DNA of 32,000 nt from Nitrosopumilus maritimus SCM1 (GCF_000018465.1 NC_010085.1:1290001-1322000), one strand, 5' to 3'; shown: positions 9,224 through 18,189, counted from the first letter of the stretch. Made by a program: numbers and translations. The notes: generated by a model not told the origin, from the sequence alone.

Positions 9224-9607
9224 TTACCCCGTAGTGTAATCATGCACTTTTACTTCATTGAGGATTTTTTCCATGATTTGTTGTTGACCACCAGAGTTGT
9301 CAATTGTTACAAGAAGTAGGTTTCCACTTGGCAAAGGAATTGTTGCCCTTCTTAGCTTCTCATAAACAGCCAATGTATAGAGTCCCTCGCCAACTTTGCT
9401 GTAATGTTTTTCTCGGGATTTCCATGCACTAATTGCGTGTTGGATTGTGTCTAGTGTGTCATCGTGTGAGAGATACAGATTAGTATTTGGTCTTGAATGT
9501 GTTGCAAGGATTTCGCCATTCATGTTAGCTACTGCAGCAAATCGAATGTTCTCATCAAGGTCAAAGAGGCGATGCATTACTCCATCATAGTTTAGTTCTT
9601 GTGCCAT
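9224..9607 (-). CDS. Hypothetical protein (likely roadblock/DUF6659-like)
   Basis: MAQELNYDGVMHRLFDLDENIRFAAVANMNGEILATHSR...; ORF open to 9649 but the Met at 9607 looks more natural. Family assignment is tentative. Confidence 0.65.
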   Translation of the reverse strand: MAQELNYDGVMHRLFDLDENIRFAAVANMNGEILATHSRPNTNLYLSHDDTLDTIQHAISAWKSREKHYSKVGEGLYTLAVYEKLRRATIPLPSGNLLLVTIDNSGGQQQIMEKILNEVKVHDYTTG

Positions 9608-9802
9608 TGGAGATTTGTGGATTTCATAAAAGATAACTATGATTGACATGAATCGAAAAATTTGTCTGATTTTTTGTCAATTTTTAAAAATATGTTCAAA
9701 TGAGAAGAGCAATCAAACTTTATGCCTAGAAAATTTTCAGAAAAGCAGTTTTCTTGAGATTTTGTGAAAAGTAATAATAATTAACAAAGGCCAAATCATT
9801 TC

Positions 9803-10012
9803 ATGAAGATAAAGTGTCCCAAGTGTAAAGAGGACGCAGACTTGTCACCAGACTTTTCTTTTGTAAAATGTGGATCTTGTGATTTGGATATGAGTTATGG
9901 TGAATACGTCAAATTTGTTGCACATAACCAAGCAACTTATTCAGACATACTTGGTGACTATGCAGGAAGTACTGAAGGACAGACTGCAGGTTCCCTAGAT
10001 GAATGGGATTAA
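9803..10012 (+). CDS. Small zinc-ribbon protein
   Basis: MKIKCPKCKEDADLSPDFSFVKCGSCDLDMSYGEYVKFV..., two CxxC pairs. Confidence 0.75.
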   Translation: MKIKCPKCKEDADLSPDFSFVKCGSCDLDMSYGEYVKFVAHNQATYSDILGDYAGSTEGQTAGSLDEWD

Positions 10013-10072
10013 CAAGATGGTAAAATCATTCATCAGATTAAAATAATTAGTTTAGTAGATTTCTAAACATCA

Positions 10073-10714
10073 TTGGAATTTCTCTTAGAAAATATACTTA
10101 ATCTCATAGGATTTTTGGTTGGACTTGGAATTGGAATAATGTCACTGATTGGATTCCGAAACACAGGCAGTCCAACATTATTTAGATTAACAATTGCATT
10201 TTTCTCAATCAGTATTGGATTCTTTGTAATATGGGCAGGATACATGGCAGAAGATTTTGTCATAAAGTCTGGCAACATTGAAAGATGGATACAAACTTTG
10301 GGAATTGCAATTCAAACAGTTGGATACTTTTTCATTGCATTCTCACACAGTATCAAATCATTTTTTCCAAAATCAAGTTACTTTAGATCAGTTGGAATCT
10401 TACCATTCTTTCTAGTTTCATCAGTGCAGTTAGAACATCTCTTTAGATCAGTTTCATTCATCTTGCTTGCATATGGTGCAATTGAGACAATGTTATCATA
10501 TCTTGATAATAGAAACAAAGGAGCAATCTCAGTTTCAATTGGATTGGCATTATTGGCATTAGGAGAATTTCTTGGATGGTACTCATTTGTCTTCCCTGAA
10601 TCCATCCTCTATTCAGTATCAATGGTAATCAAAATTGGAGGATTAATTGCATTATTCATCCCAGTTAGCAAGGTTCCTCTAACCAAGATAAAATTTGACG
10701 AAGGATTAGAGTAA
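10073..10714 (+). CDS. Multi-pass membrane hypothetical protein
   Basis: 213 aa with about 6-7 hydrophobic segments (ILNLIGFLVGLGIGIMSLIGF, FFSISIGFFVIWAGYM, etc.). Confidence 0.75.
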   Translation: MEFLLENILNLIGFLVGLGIGIMSLIGFRNTGSPTLFRLTIAFFSISIGFFVIWAGYMAEDFVIKSGNIERWIQTLGIAIQTVGYFFIAFSHSIKSFFPKSSYFRSVGILPFFLVSSVQLEHLFRSVSFILLAYGAIETMLSYLDNRNKGAISVSIGLALLALGEFLGWYSFVFPESILYSVSMVIKIGGLIALFIPVSKVPLTKIKFDEGLE

Positions 10715-10834
10715 TTTTTCAATCTAGGCTCGAATTTTTCCAAAATGCAAAAGTTGTCAAATTCTTTTATCTTTTTTGTATATTGCAAAATATCATCGTT
10801 CTATCATAGAAATTCTCAAAAGAATCAGTAAGAA

Positions 10835-11122
10835 ATGGCCGAGTATAGAACTCATATGAAAATTATTGGCGATATTCTATCTACTACCAGAGATGATCTT
10901 CAAGACGAAGATGGGGCAACAGTAACTTATCTGATTAGAAAAGCAAACGTTTCTCATTCTAGAATTTCAAGAATTCTAAAAACACTGGTATCTCAAGGTC
11001 TATTGGAGCAAGTCGACAGTCAAGGTTCTAACAAATACAAAATCAGTCCAACAGGAAGAGAGTTTCTTCAAGCATATTACAAGTTTACAAGCTTTGCAGA
11101 CAATTTTGGATTAAACATCTAA
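10835..11122 (+). CDS. Winged-helix DNA-binding protein (archaeal wHTH)
   Basis: TVTYLIRKANVSHSRISRILKTLVSQGLLEQVDSQGSNKYKISPTGREFLQAY; paralogous in layout to 26841..27122. Confidence 0.85.
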   Translation: MAEYRTHMKIIGDILSTTRDDLQDEDGATVTYLIRKANVSHSRISRILKTLVSQGLLEQVDSQGSNKYKISPTGREFLQAYYKFTSFADNFGLNI

Positions 11123-11196
11123 TCTTCATCCAAATCATCTAATTCATCATCAAAGTCATCTTCAAAATCTGTATCCTGATAATCTGGATTAGACAT
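11119..11196 (-). CDS. Putative acidic microprotein (25 aa)
   Basis: Manual translation MSNPDYQDTDFEDDFDDELDDLDED*. Stop is nested with that of the wHTH gene. Coding status is uncertain. Confidence 0.35.
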   Translation of the reverse strand: MSNPDYQDTDFEDDFDDELDDLDED

Positions 11197-11275
11197 ACGT
11201 TACCATAGAAAAAATTTGATGTTAAAAACTTTTCAAAAGAAAATGGTAATTAAACAAAAAAACTAGGAAAAATCA

Positions 11276-11872
11276 TTGAAGGTAAACTGTGACAAGGAAG
11301 GAATTGAAAAGGCATCCAAAGTAATTGAGGATGGAGGAATAGTTATTTTTCCAACTGATACTGTATACGGCATTGGATGCAACCCTTACAGCAAAGAGTC
11401 TGCAAAAAAAGTCTATGAGATAAAATCAAGGGATTTTTCAAAACCATTTCCAGTTCTAGTTTACTCTAAAGAGATAGCCAGTCAGATTGCCGAATTTGAT
11501 GAAATTTCAGAAAAACTTGTAGAGAAATTTTGGCCAGGTCAACTAACAATTCTTTTGAAATTAAAGGATGAAAAATTAAAAGAGTCATTGAATCTATCAG
11601 ACAAGATTGCACTGCGAGTTCCAAACCACAAATGCACATTATCATTATTGGAAAAATGTCATTATCTAATTGGAACTAGTGCAAATGTTTCAGGACAACC
11701 ATCATTTTTTGATCCACAAGAATGCATCAAAAGTGTAGAAAACTATGACGTGTTTGTTGATGGTGGAACAATTACAAGTAAAGGAGAATCAACTATTATT
11801 GCAATAGAAGATGGCAAAATCAAAATTATTAGAGAAGGCTCTTTGAGCAAAGAGGAGATTTTGAAGGTATGA
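11276..11872 (+). CDS. tsaC: L-threonylcarbamoyladenylate synthase (Sua5/YrdC/TsaC family)
   Basis: GGIVIFPTDTVYGIGCNPYSKESAKKVYEIKSRDFSKPFPVLV, FWPGQLTILLK, IALRVPNHKCT, LIGTSANVSGQPSF. Confidence 0.94.
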   Translation: MKVNCDKEGIEKASKVIEDGGIVIFPTDTVYGIGCNPYSKESAKKVYEIKSRDFSKPFPVLVYSKEIASQIAEFDEISEKLVEKFWPGQLTILLKLKDEKLKESLNLSDKIALRVPNHKCTLSLLEKCHYLIGTSANVSGQPSFFDPQECIKSVENYDVFVDGGTITSKGESTIIAIEDGKIKIIREGSLSKEEILKV

Positions 11873-12390
11873 ATCTGATAGTGACATGTGCCAGACATCT
11901 AGAGCCAGAGACAGAAGAGGAATTGAGGGGATTTTTAGATGAATTTGGAGATTCTGATCCCAAGGTTACAATCACAAGCATGTCAGGAATTCTTACTGCT
12001 GAAACGAAACTAGATCCAGTAGAGGTGGTACGAAAGATAAAAGAGACACTCCTTGATGAGCCATGGAGTGTCAGATACTGTTTGAGAATCATTCCAATTC
12101 AGAGAGTTGTGGAGACAAAGATAGAAGAGATTGAGAAAGTTGTCGAAGAGTTTTCTGATGGAATATCAAAAGATGAAAAATACAGAATATCTATTGAGAA
12201 AAGAAACTCAGACATGTCCAGTCAGGATATAATTACAAAAATTGCAAGCAAGATAAAAAGTCAGGTCTCACTGGAATTTCCAGACAAGGTTGTTTTAATT
12301 GAGATTTTAGGCAACAAGACTGGAATTTCTGTGCTAAAAAAATCAGACATTTTGAGTACAGAGAAAACTAAACGCAGTATGTCAGAGTAA
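11869..12390 (+). CDS. THUMP-domain protein (Tan1-like)
   Basis: LIVTCARHLEPETEEELRGFL..., SVRYCLRIIPIQRVVETKIEEIEKVVEEF...YRISIEKRNSDMSSQDIITKIA; 4-bp ATGA overlap with tsaC. Confidence 0.85.
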   Translation: MNLIVTCARHLEPETEEELRGFLDEFGDSDPKVTITSMSGILTAETKLDPVEVVRKIKETLLDEPWSVRYCLRIIPIQRVVETKIEEIEKVVEEFSDGISKDEKYRISIEKRNSDMSSQDIITKIASKIKSQVSLEFPDKVVLIEILGNKTGISVLKKSDILSTEKTKRSMSE

Positions 12391-13155
12391 GACTGCTGCC
12401 GTTTCTACTAGAATATCTTCTAGGGGATTTTTGGAATAAACAGAGTCAATTTGTTTTTTTGAGATGTCAAATGACTTTTTGAGGAATGCTTCGTTATTTT
12501 TTGAAAATAGTGGAATAGATTGTGGTGACACTTGTTTGTACAGAGAATCAAGACTAGTTTTGTTTCCAATTGCAATTAAGAGAAAATCAGTCTTGGGTTT
12601 TATTCCTGCAGATGCAATTGCAGCAGAGATTTGTTTTGATATTGCAAAACGCATCAGAATATCAGTTTCAAGTTTGTTTGAGAGTAAAACATCATTTTTT
12701 TGAGACTCTAGTGAAAGAGATAGAATCTTTTTGAGATGAGAACTATTTAGTACAAATTTGCTTGATATTGCCTGAAGTTGGATTTTAGGGAATTTTTCTC
12801 TCAAGTCATCGAGGAATTTTACATCAATATTCTTTTGGCCTTTGATTTGTACAACTTGAATCTGTTTTGAGAGTATCTTGTAGAGCAGTTTTTTTGAAGC
12901 ACCTCCATGAATTACAGGAATGATACTAACTACATCATCATTTTTTATCATAGTTGATTTTCCTTCTAGTGCAGAAGAATCAACACCATTTACTGCAATC
13001 AAGATATTTTCAGTATCCAACTCTGGAGAATCGTTTGGTTTTGTTTCCAATAACAAGTCAATTAGTTCTTGAATAGTAATGTTTGATTTTTCAAATTCTA
13101 ACTTTTCAGTTGAAAAAGACTTTTTGGCACCGCCAACAAGTTTTACAGTAATCAT
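12382..13155 (-). CDS. Fusion of a ThiS/MoaD-like beta-grasp domain and a Cgi121-like KEOPS subunit domain
   Basis: N-term MITVKLVGGAKKSFS...LLLETKPN...NILIAVNGVDSSALEGKSTMIKNDDVVSIIPVIHGG; C-term FVLNSSHLKKILSLSLESQKNDVLLSNKLETDILMRFAISKQISAAIASAGIKPKTDFLLIAIG, resembling Cgi121. Confidence 0.75.
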   Translation of the reverse strand: MITVKLVGGAKKSFSTEKLEFEKSNITIQELIDLLLETKPNDSPELDTENILIAVNGVDSSALEGKSTMIKNDDVVSIIPVIHGGASKKLLYKILSKQIQVVQIKGQKNIDVKFLDDLREKFPKIQLQAISSKFVLNSSHLKKILSLSLESQKNDVLLSNKLETDILMRFAISKQISAAIASAGIKPKTDFLLIAIGNKTSLDSLYKQVSPQSIPLFSKNNEAFLKKSFDISKKQIDSVYSKNPLEDILVETAAVLL

Positions 13156-13196
13156 TATGATGTGTTGTTAAAAGTTTGAAATTAATACTTAGTGTA

Positions 13197-13586
13197 TTAT
13201 TCAGATTTTTCTTCTGGGGTTTCAGGAGTTGTTTCTGCAGCAGGTGCTTCTGTGTTTTCAGTTGCTTCTACTGCGGGGGCTTCAGTTTCAGGAGTTTCTT
13301 CTGCAGCAGGTGCTTCTGTGTTTTCAGTTGCTTCTACTGGTTCAGGTTCTACTTGAGCTTCTTGCTCTAGGGATTTGGAAGCTTCAGCTTGTGCTTTTTT
13401 TGCCTTTTCTTCTCGAATCTCTTTTTTGATATAGTTTGTAATGTAACCTGCAATCTCATTTTTGAGTCCCTTTGAGCGGACTATGGATACTTCATTTAGA
13501 ATTTTTTTGTTATCAGCAAAATCTTCACCGAACTTTGACTTGTGAGTCTCTAAAACTTCGTATGAAAGTCGCTTTATTCTATCCAC
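13197..13586 (-). CDS. rps17e: Ribosomal protein S17e with acidic low-complexity C-terminal tail
   Basis: MDRIKRLSYEVLETHKSKFGEDFADNKKILNEVSIVRSKGLKNEIAGYITNYIKKE, then an E/A/P/T-rich repeated tail. Confidence 0.9.
   Translation of the reverse strand: MDRIKRLSYEVLETHKSKFGEDFADNKKILNEVSIVRSKGLKNEIAGYITNYIKKEIREEKAKKAQAEASKSLEQEAQVEPEPVEATENTEAPAAEETPETEAPAVEATENTEAPAAETTPETPEEKSE
13222..13338. repeat. Two near-identical 51-bp units (13222-13272 and 13288-13338) inside the S17e tail
   Basis: Plus-strand copies tcaggagttgtttctgcagcaggtgcttctgtgttttcagttgcttctact and tcaggagtttcttctgcagcaggtgcttctgtgttttcagttgcttctact, 66-bp period. Confidence 0.95.
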
Positions 13587-13616
13587 GAATCGTCTAACGA
13601 AGGGGGTATTTTATAC

Positions 13617-14435
13617 CTATATTCCAAGATATGCGTTGGAATTTTTTTCTAGCAGTGATACAGTCTCATCAAATGATTTGCCTAGAACTTTTGAGGCACA
13701 AAAGATTACACTTGGAATAAAGCCAATATCGGCTGATTTCATCTCAAAGCATCTAGAGAATCTAACAGGACCATCAGTTTCAACTAGAATTTTTGATTCA
13801 TCACATTTTGACAACAATACCTGTTTGTCATTAGCATAGACCATTACAGGACCAAATGAGACATAGAATCCCATATCCATGGCCTTTGCAAGTTGTTTTT
13901 TGCTTCCATCAAACCAGTGAAGCAAAGCATGTTTGGTATCATATGAGGTCATGACTTGAAATACATCATCCAAGCTCTTCCTTGAATGAATTGACACTGG
14001 TTTGTTGTATTTCTCAGCACAAGATAACAAAGTTTCAAAGACTATAGTTTGTCTTTTAGTGTCTTCATCGTTATTAGTATAGGTTGGATCCAATCCAATC
14101 TCTCCAACTCCTGTAATAGTTTCATGATTCTCATCAATCATAGTTACAACTTTTTCTAGTTCGTCATTTGCACACTCGGGATGAATTCCAATAAATGGTA
14201 AAACAAGTTCACTTTTTTTTGCAAGCTCCAATGTTTCTTGAGAATTTTGCACATCCATTGATACACAACATGCTTTGATCTTCAAGGAATTCATTTCCTG
14301 TAAAATAAAATCCATGTCAGGGACATATTGAGGATCAGAGAGATGAATATGAGAATCAAAGGACCAAGTCATTTCTTGATCAATTCTTAAAATAGTCTGT
14401 ATAAATCGATTCCTTAGTGATATTTTTTCACTCAT
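13617..14435 (-). CDS. tatD: TatD-family metal-dependent hydrolase (start probably near 14372, MTWSFDSHIHL)
   Basis: FDSHIHLSD, FIGIHPECA, TGVGEIGLDP, KPVSIHSRKSLDD, ALLHWFDGS, ILVETDGPV. Confidence 0.85.
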   Translation of the reverse strand: MSEKISLRNRFIQTILRIDQEMTWSFDSHIHLSDPQYVPDMDFILQEMNSLKIKACCVSMDVQNSQETLELAKKSELVLPFIGIHPECANDELEKVVTMIDENHETITGVGEIGLDPTYTNNDEDTKRQTIVFETLLSCAEKYNKPVSIHSRKSLDDVFQVMTSYDTKHALLHWFDGSKKQLAKAMDMGFYVSFGPVMVYANDKQVLLSKCDESKILVETDGPVRFSRCFEMKSADIGFIPSVIFCASKVLGKSFDETVSLLEKNSNAYLGI

Positions 14436-14453
14436 TATCTTTTTTCACAAAAA

Positions 14454-14690
14454 ATGAAAACACAATCCATGAAATCATCAGAATTGGGACTATCTGCAAT
14501 GTACAGAATTCTAAAAAAAGCAGGTGCTGAAAGAGTCAGTGACGAATCTGCTGATGAACTAAGAAGAGTTATCGAAGAGGTGGCAAACGGCATTGCAAAG
14601 AGTGCAGTAGATATGGCTTCTCATGCAGGCAGAAAGACTGTAAAGGGAGAAGACGTAAAATTGGCCTCAAAACCATTTAACAAATTCTAA
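14454..14690 (+). CDS. Archaeal histone
   Basis: Histone fold: SELGLSAMYRILKKAGAERVSDESADELRRVIEEVANGIAKSAVDMASHAGRKTVKGEDVKLASK. Confidence 0.95.
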   Translation: MKTQSMKSSELGLSAMYRILKKAGAERVSDESADELRRVIEEVANGIAKSAVDMASHAGRKTVKGEDVKLASKPFNKF

Positions 14691-14692
14691 GT

Positions 14693-14905
14693 CTAGATAT
14701 TCAAACCAGTGTTAACTGATGCAGTCTTGTTTTTGAATGGGCAGGATTTTCCTTCGCCATCCTTGCCTTCGCCATCAGGAAGGATATCAGTTGTTTGTGC
14801 ATAAACAGAATCCATAGGGACTGCCATTGCAAATACTGCAGCAATTGCTAGTATTGTAAATAGTGCAATTCTTGAATCCATGGGTATTGTAGGACGTTTT
14901 AACAT
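14693..14905 (-). CDS. Small secreted hypothetical protein
   Basis: 70 aa; signal-like IALFTILAIAAVFAMAVPMDSVYAQ followed by a short charged tail. Confidence 0.6.
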   Translation of the reverse strand: MLKRPTIPMDSRIALFTILAIAAVFAMAVPMDSVYAQTTDILPDGEGKDGEGKSCPFKNKTASVNTGLNI

Positions 14906-14937
14906 TTAAGGAATTCCCAAAATCACAGCAATCATTT

Positions 14938-15462
14938 TCAAATCTTTGAAAATCCAACAATTTCAATTATAGCATTATTGTTCACATCTATTCTAAGCAC
15001 ATTGTTTCTCATTTCATAAGGAATCTCCACACCATCAACAAGAATTGCCAATGAATCTAGTTTTGTATCAAATCTTTGTTCTAAAACAGGTAATGGGTTA
15101 CACATTGTGATATAGCCATATGAAGTTGGTACAGGTTTCAAGATTAGTGAATGGGTATCGTTTTCAACACTGTATGTATCAATAGTTACAGTAGAATAGA
15201 TGGAAAATTCCGCTGCAATGGATGCATTTATTGCTCTTCTTTTTAGGAAATTTTCATCATATGGGATATCGCATTGTTCGTTTTTTTCAACTAGAAGTCC
15301 AGTAGCAGGATCATCAATTACACAAACATCATTTTTTAGAATAGTTCCTGCCGGACAAGTGGGACTTGGAAACATGAATGATGAAGAAAATCCTGCAAAC
15401 AATATAGCTGCAAGTATAATTCCACTAATTATTGTGATTTTAATTTTCATTTCTGTTTTCAA
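14938..15462 (-). CDS. Membrane-anchored/secreted hypothetical with Cys motif CPAGTILKNDVC
   Basis: N-terminal TM (IKITIISGIILAAILFAGFSSSFMF) and extracellular-looking domain; overlaps the upstream gene. Confidence 0.75.
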   Translation of the reverse strand: MKTEMKIKITIISGIILAAILFAGFSSSFMFPSPTCPAGTILKNDVCVIDDPATGLLVEKNEQCDIPYDENFLKRRAINASIAAEFSIYSTVTIDTYSVENDTHSLILKPVPTSYGYITMCNPLPVLEQRFDTKLDSLAILVDGVEIPYEMRNNVLRIDVNNNAIIEIVGFSKI

Positions 15463-16402
15463 TTAACTCCAACAATTCATCAGGAAGGCTGCCATGCTGT
15501 TTTTCATATTGTTTAATCATATCCTGAGTCTTTTGATCATCAAACTTTCCATGAACAATACTCCAAACAATGTTTCCCAAATCACCTTGCTTATTCATTT
15601 CTGCAAAAACTTCCAGTTGTTCTTCATGATTTTCTATATTCATCATATGTTCCATTTCAAATGCTCTACGTTCTTCAGTTAGTTTTTGGCCATATTCGTA
15701 AACAGATTGACGCCAAGGATCTAATTCTGCCTTACAAAAATGACTGTTTGAATAACTAGAAACTATATCATCATAGTTGAATGTGGCATATCGATAGTGG
15801 GTATTCTCATCAAAACAACTCAAGAAAAGCAATTCTTTATCGGTTCTCTCGTTGTTGCATGAATCAATATGAAAATAAGTTGATGCAGATTGGTTTTTGT
15901 CATTTTCTGCAATTAGTCCATAGTGAACATTAGACATGTAACTTCGTTCATCAAGTATTGATAATGTGAGGTTGTAGTGAGAGTATTTTTTTGCAAATCG
16001 TTCATAGTTTTCAGTTTGAGTGATTAATTGCATGTGAAGAGGTATCTGTTTCTCAAAATTGCATACTGAATCTGGATCTAAATCAAATTTTTCTACCCAC
16101 GCCGAAGAATCACGAAATGGATACTGCCCCTCAATCAACTCTACGTTTGAAATTTCTAATTCTAGATAGTCATAAAAGATTTCTCTTAGGATTTCTTGCA
16201 TCTGTTTTTTTGACTCTTCAAATTTTTGCATATCTTCCATTACATAGTATTTGTTTGATAATTGGTTGATTTGGTATAGTTCATCAGAATACTTTGCAAA
16301 TGATACTGATTTTGGAGTTGCATCAGGGTTTGATATGATCAATCCCAATGAAATAGACACAAAAATTCCAACAACTACAATTATTCCAACTTCAAGTCTC
16401 AT
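15440..16402 (-). CDS. Membrane-anchored hypothetical protein
   Basis: 320 aa, N-terminal TM (VGIIVVVGIFVSISLGLIIS); overlaps both neighbours. Confidence 0.75.
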   Translation of the reverse strand: MRLEVGIIVVVGIFVSISLGLIISNPDATPKSVSFAKYSDELYQINQLSNKYYVMEDMQKFEESKKQMQEILREIFYDYLELEISNVELIEGQYPFRDSSAWVEKFDLDPDSVCNFEKQIPLHMQLITQTENYERFAKKYSHYNLTLSILDERSYMSNVHYGLIAENDKNQSASTYFHIDSCNNERTDKELLFLSCFDENTHYRYATFNYDDIVSSYSNSHFCKAELDPWRQSVYEYGQKLTEERRAFEMEHMMNIENHEEQLEVFAEMNKQGDLGNIVWSIVHGKFDDQKTQDMIKQYEKQHGSLPDELLELIENRNEN

Positions 16403-18189
16403 TTTAACATCAACTGTTTTCGCAAAAGAACGATAGGCAACATGGACAATAGTAAGACAAACATCATTACAGTTTGGAATTCAGGAACTGCTTTTGCAAA
16501 TGTCATTATTTCAAAATTATTCTCTCTGAGATACACTAGTGATAAACCATCAGGACTAATCACAAAGGTATCAGGTCTGTCGTTGTTATATCCCAAAATT
16601 ATTTCATGATATGAGCCATCTGTACTAATGATATGAAGTGTTCCTCCAGGAGCCCCACGTCCGCAAGAAGATACACCATAAACTATCATCTCACCATCAG
16701 GAGTCCATTTTGAAGGATGACCACATTTTACTTGACTATTTGGGATTTCTACTACATTACCTTCTGGAGTATAATATGCCAAAACTCTATCTGCCCATCC
16801 ATAGCTAGATTCAATGGTCTTGTGGAATAGGATCTTTTTTCCATCAGGACTGATATCAAAATGATGTAATTCATCGCCAGAAATCAATTCATGTGCATTA
16901 TCTACGCTGTTTTCTTCTCCATTTCCAATATCCAACAATATGGAGCCCTGTTCAGACGGATCATCATAATATGATTCTCTATCCAACGATATTACTATAG
17001 AGTATTTTTCAGGGTCTTCTTCATAATAGTGGTAATAATCAAAATTTACCCATTCAGAAAAATTCGTGAGTTTCAAAACATGTGATGTTTCAATATCATA
17101 TTGGAACAAATTTCCCTCATTGGCTACAAAATGAATGTATTTTCCATCAGGAGAGAATTTTGCAGCACGAATCTTTTCATCAGTTTCCAAAAGCGTTGGA
17201 ATATTCAAAGTTGTAATTTCATAATCATCAGTGGAAAGTATACCAAGATAGGGTGTGATGGAATCTTCAGTTTTTTGCAAGTAATATGAAAACAATATAG
17301 ATTTGCCATCATTACTCCAATCCAAAAGATACATGCTTTGCATACGATTAGGTTTTGGGATTTTCTCTACTGTTCCTTGAAAAAGAGATTCTTTTACAAG
17401 ATATGTGATAGAATGACTAGTACTCTCATACAAGATTTCATTTTCCATCCAAAATGCCTTGACATAAACTGACCATTCTCCAGGAACATGAGCAGATAAG
17501 TTGGCGGTAAAGTTTGTACATGATTTCTTTTCGGGATTAGATGAGGTCATAAATTCTTCCCCATCAGGATTTGTGTAAAATGCTCTAATTTCTACAGATT
17601 CTACTTCTAAAATTTCTTCATCATATGGATGCAAGTAAATAGATTCGTTGTCATTTGATTCTTTGAGAAAATCAGAACATAAAATTCCGTTTAGATGAGC
17701 TGTATTAGATGATACAATCTCAGAATCTTCCATCCAAAGATCAAACTCTTCATCAATTTTTACAACATCACCAACCAAATGTCCAACAAAAAAAGACAAA
17801 TCAAGATGTTTTCTTTTATCCACTATCATCTCAATCGTATATTCACCTATAGAGAAATCATTCAAAATTTCAAATGAAAATGCTATTTTTCCTTCACTGT
17901 CTGAGAAATAATTAGATTCTTGAATTATATCATTTTGAGTATTTTTGATCATCACATGAAATTCAGTGTCAGATGCAGGAAAATGCTCATCTGTCTCTTC
18001 GTTGTAAAAGGATGAAGTGCCTACAACATGTACAGTCTCACCCATACGAAATTTTCTATCATCTTGTAGTTGTTCGTTAAAAATATCAAAATCTGCATCA
18101 AGCCACAATTCTTCAGCAAAAGATTCTGTTGTTATTGGAATTAGTACAAGAGTAAATACAGTAATTATTATGAGAAATCTAGTTTTCAT
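16399..18189 (-). CDS. Secreted, C-terminally anchored WD40/TolB-like beta-propeller protein
   Basis: Signal peptide MKTRFLIIITVFTLVLIPITTESFAEE; repeats AAKFSPDGKYIHFVA, HFDISPDGKKILFH, PSKWTPDGEMIVYG, FVISPDGLSLVYL; C-terminal TM FQTVMMFVLLLSMLPIVLLRKQ. Confidence 0.85.
   Translation of the reverse strand: MKTRFLIIITVFTLVLIPITTESFAEELWLDADFDIFNEQLQDDRKFRMGETVHVVGTSSFYNEETDEHFPASDTEFHVMIKNTQNDIIQESNYFSDSEGKIAFSFEILNDFSIGEYTIEMIVDKRKHLDLSFFVGHLVGDVVKIDEEFDLWMEDSEIVSSNTAHLNGILCSDFLKESNDNESIYLHPYDEEILEVESVEIRAFYTNPDGEEFMTSSNPEKKSCTNFTANLSAHVPGEWSVYVKAFWMENEILYESTSHSITYLVKESLFQGTVEKIPKPNRMQSMYLLDWSNDGKSILFSYYLQKTEDSITPYLGILSTDDYEITTLNIPTLLETDEKIRAAKFSPDGKYIHFVANEGNLFQYDIETSHVLKLTNFSEWVNFDYYHYYEEDPEKYSIVISLDRESYYDDPSEQGSILLDIGNGEENSVDNAHELISGDELHHFDISPDGKKILFHKTIESSYGWADRVLAYYTPEGNVVEIPNSQVKCGHPSKWTPDGEMIVYGVSSCGRGAPGGTLHIISTDGSYHEIILGYNNDRPDTFVISPDGLSLVYLRENNFEIMTFAKAVPEFQTVMMFVLLLSMLPIVLLRKQLMLK

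Noticed and set aside
13222-13338. Possible short CRISPR-like repeat pair
   Set aside because: Only two units, in frame with a coding sequence (multiple-of-3 length and spacing), and no spacers or cas genes.
13176-13429. Plus-strand Cys/Phe-rich ORFs (SCFCSRCFCVFSCFYC... and FLQQVLLCFQLLLL...) with internal repeats
   Set aside because: Antisense shadow of the repeated acidic tail of S17e on the minus strand.
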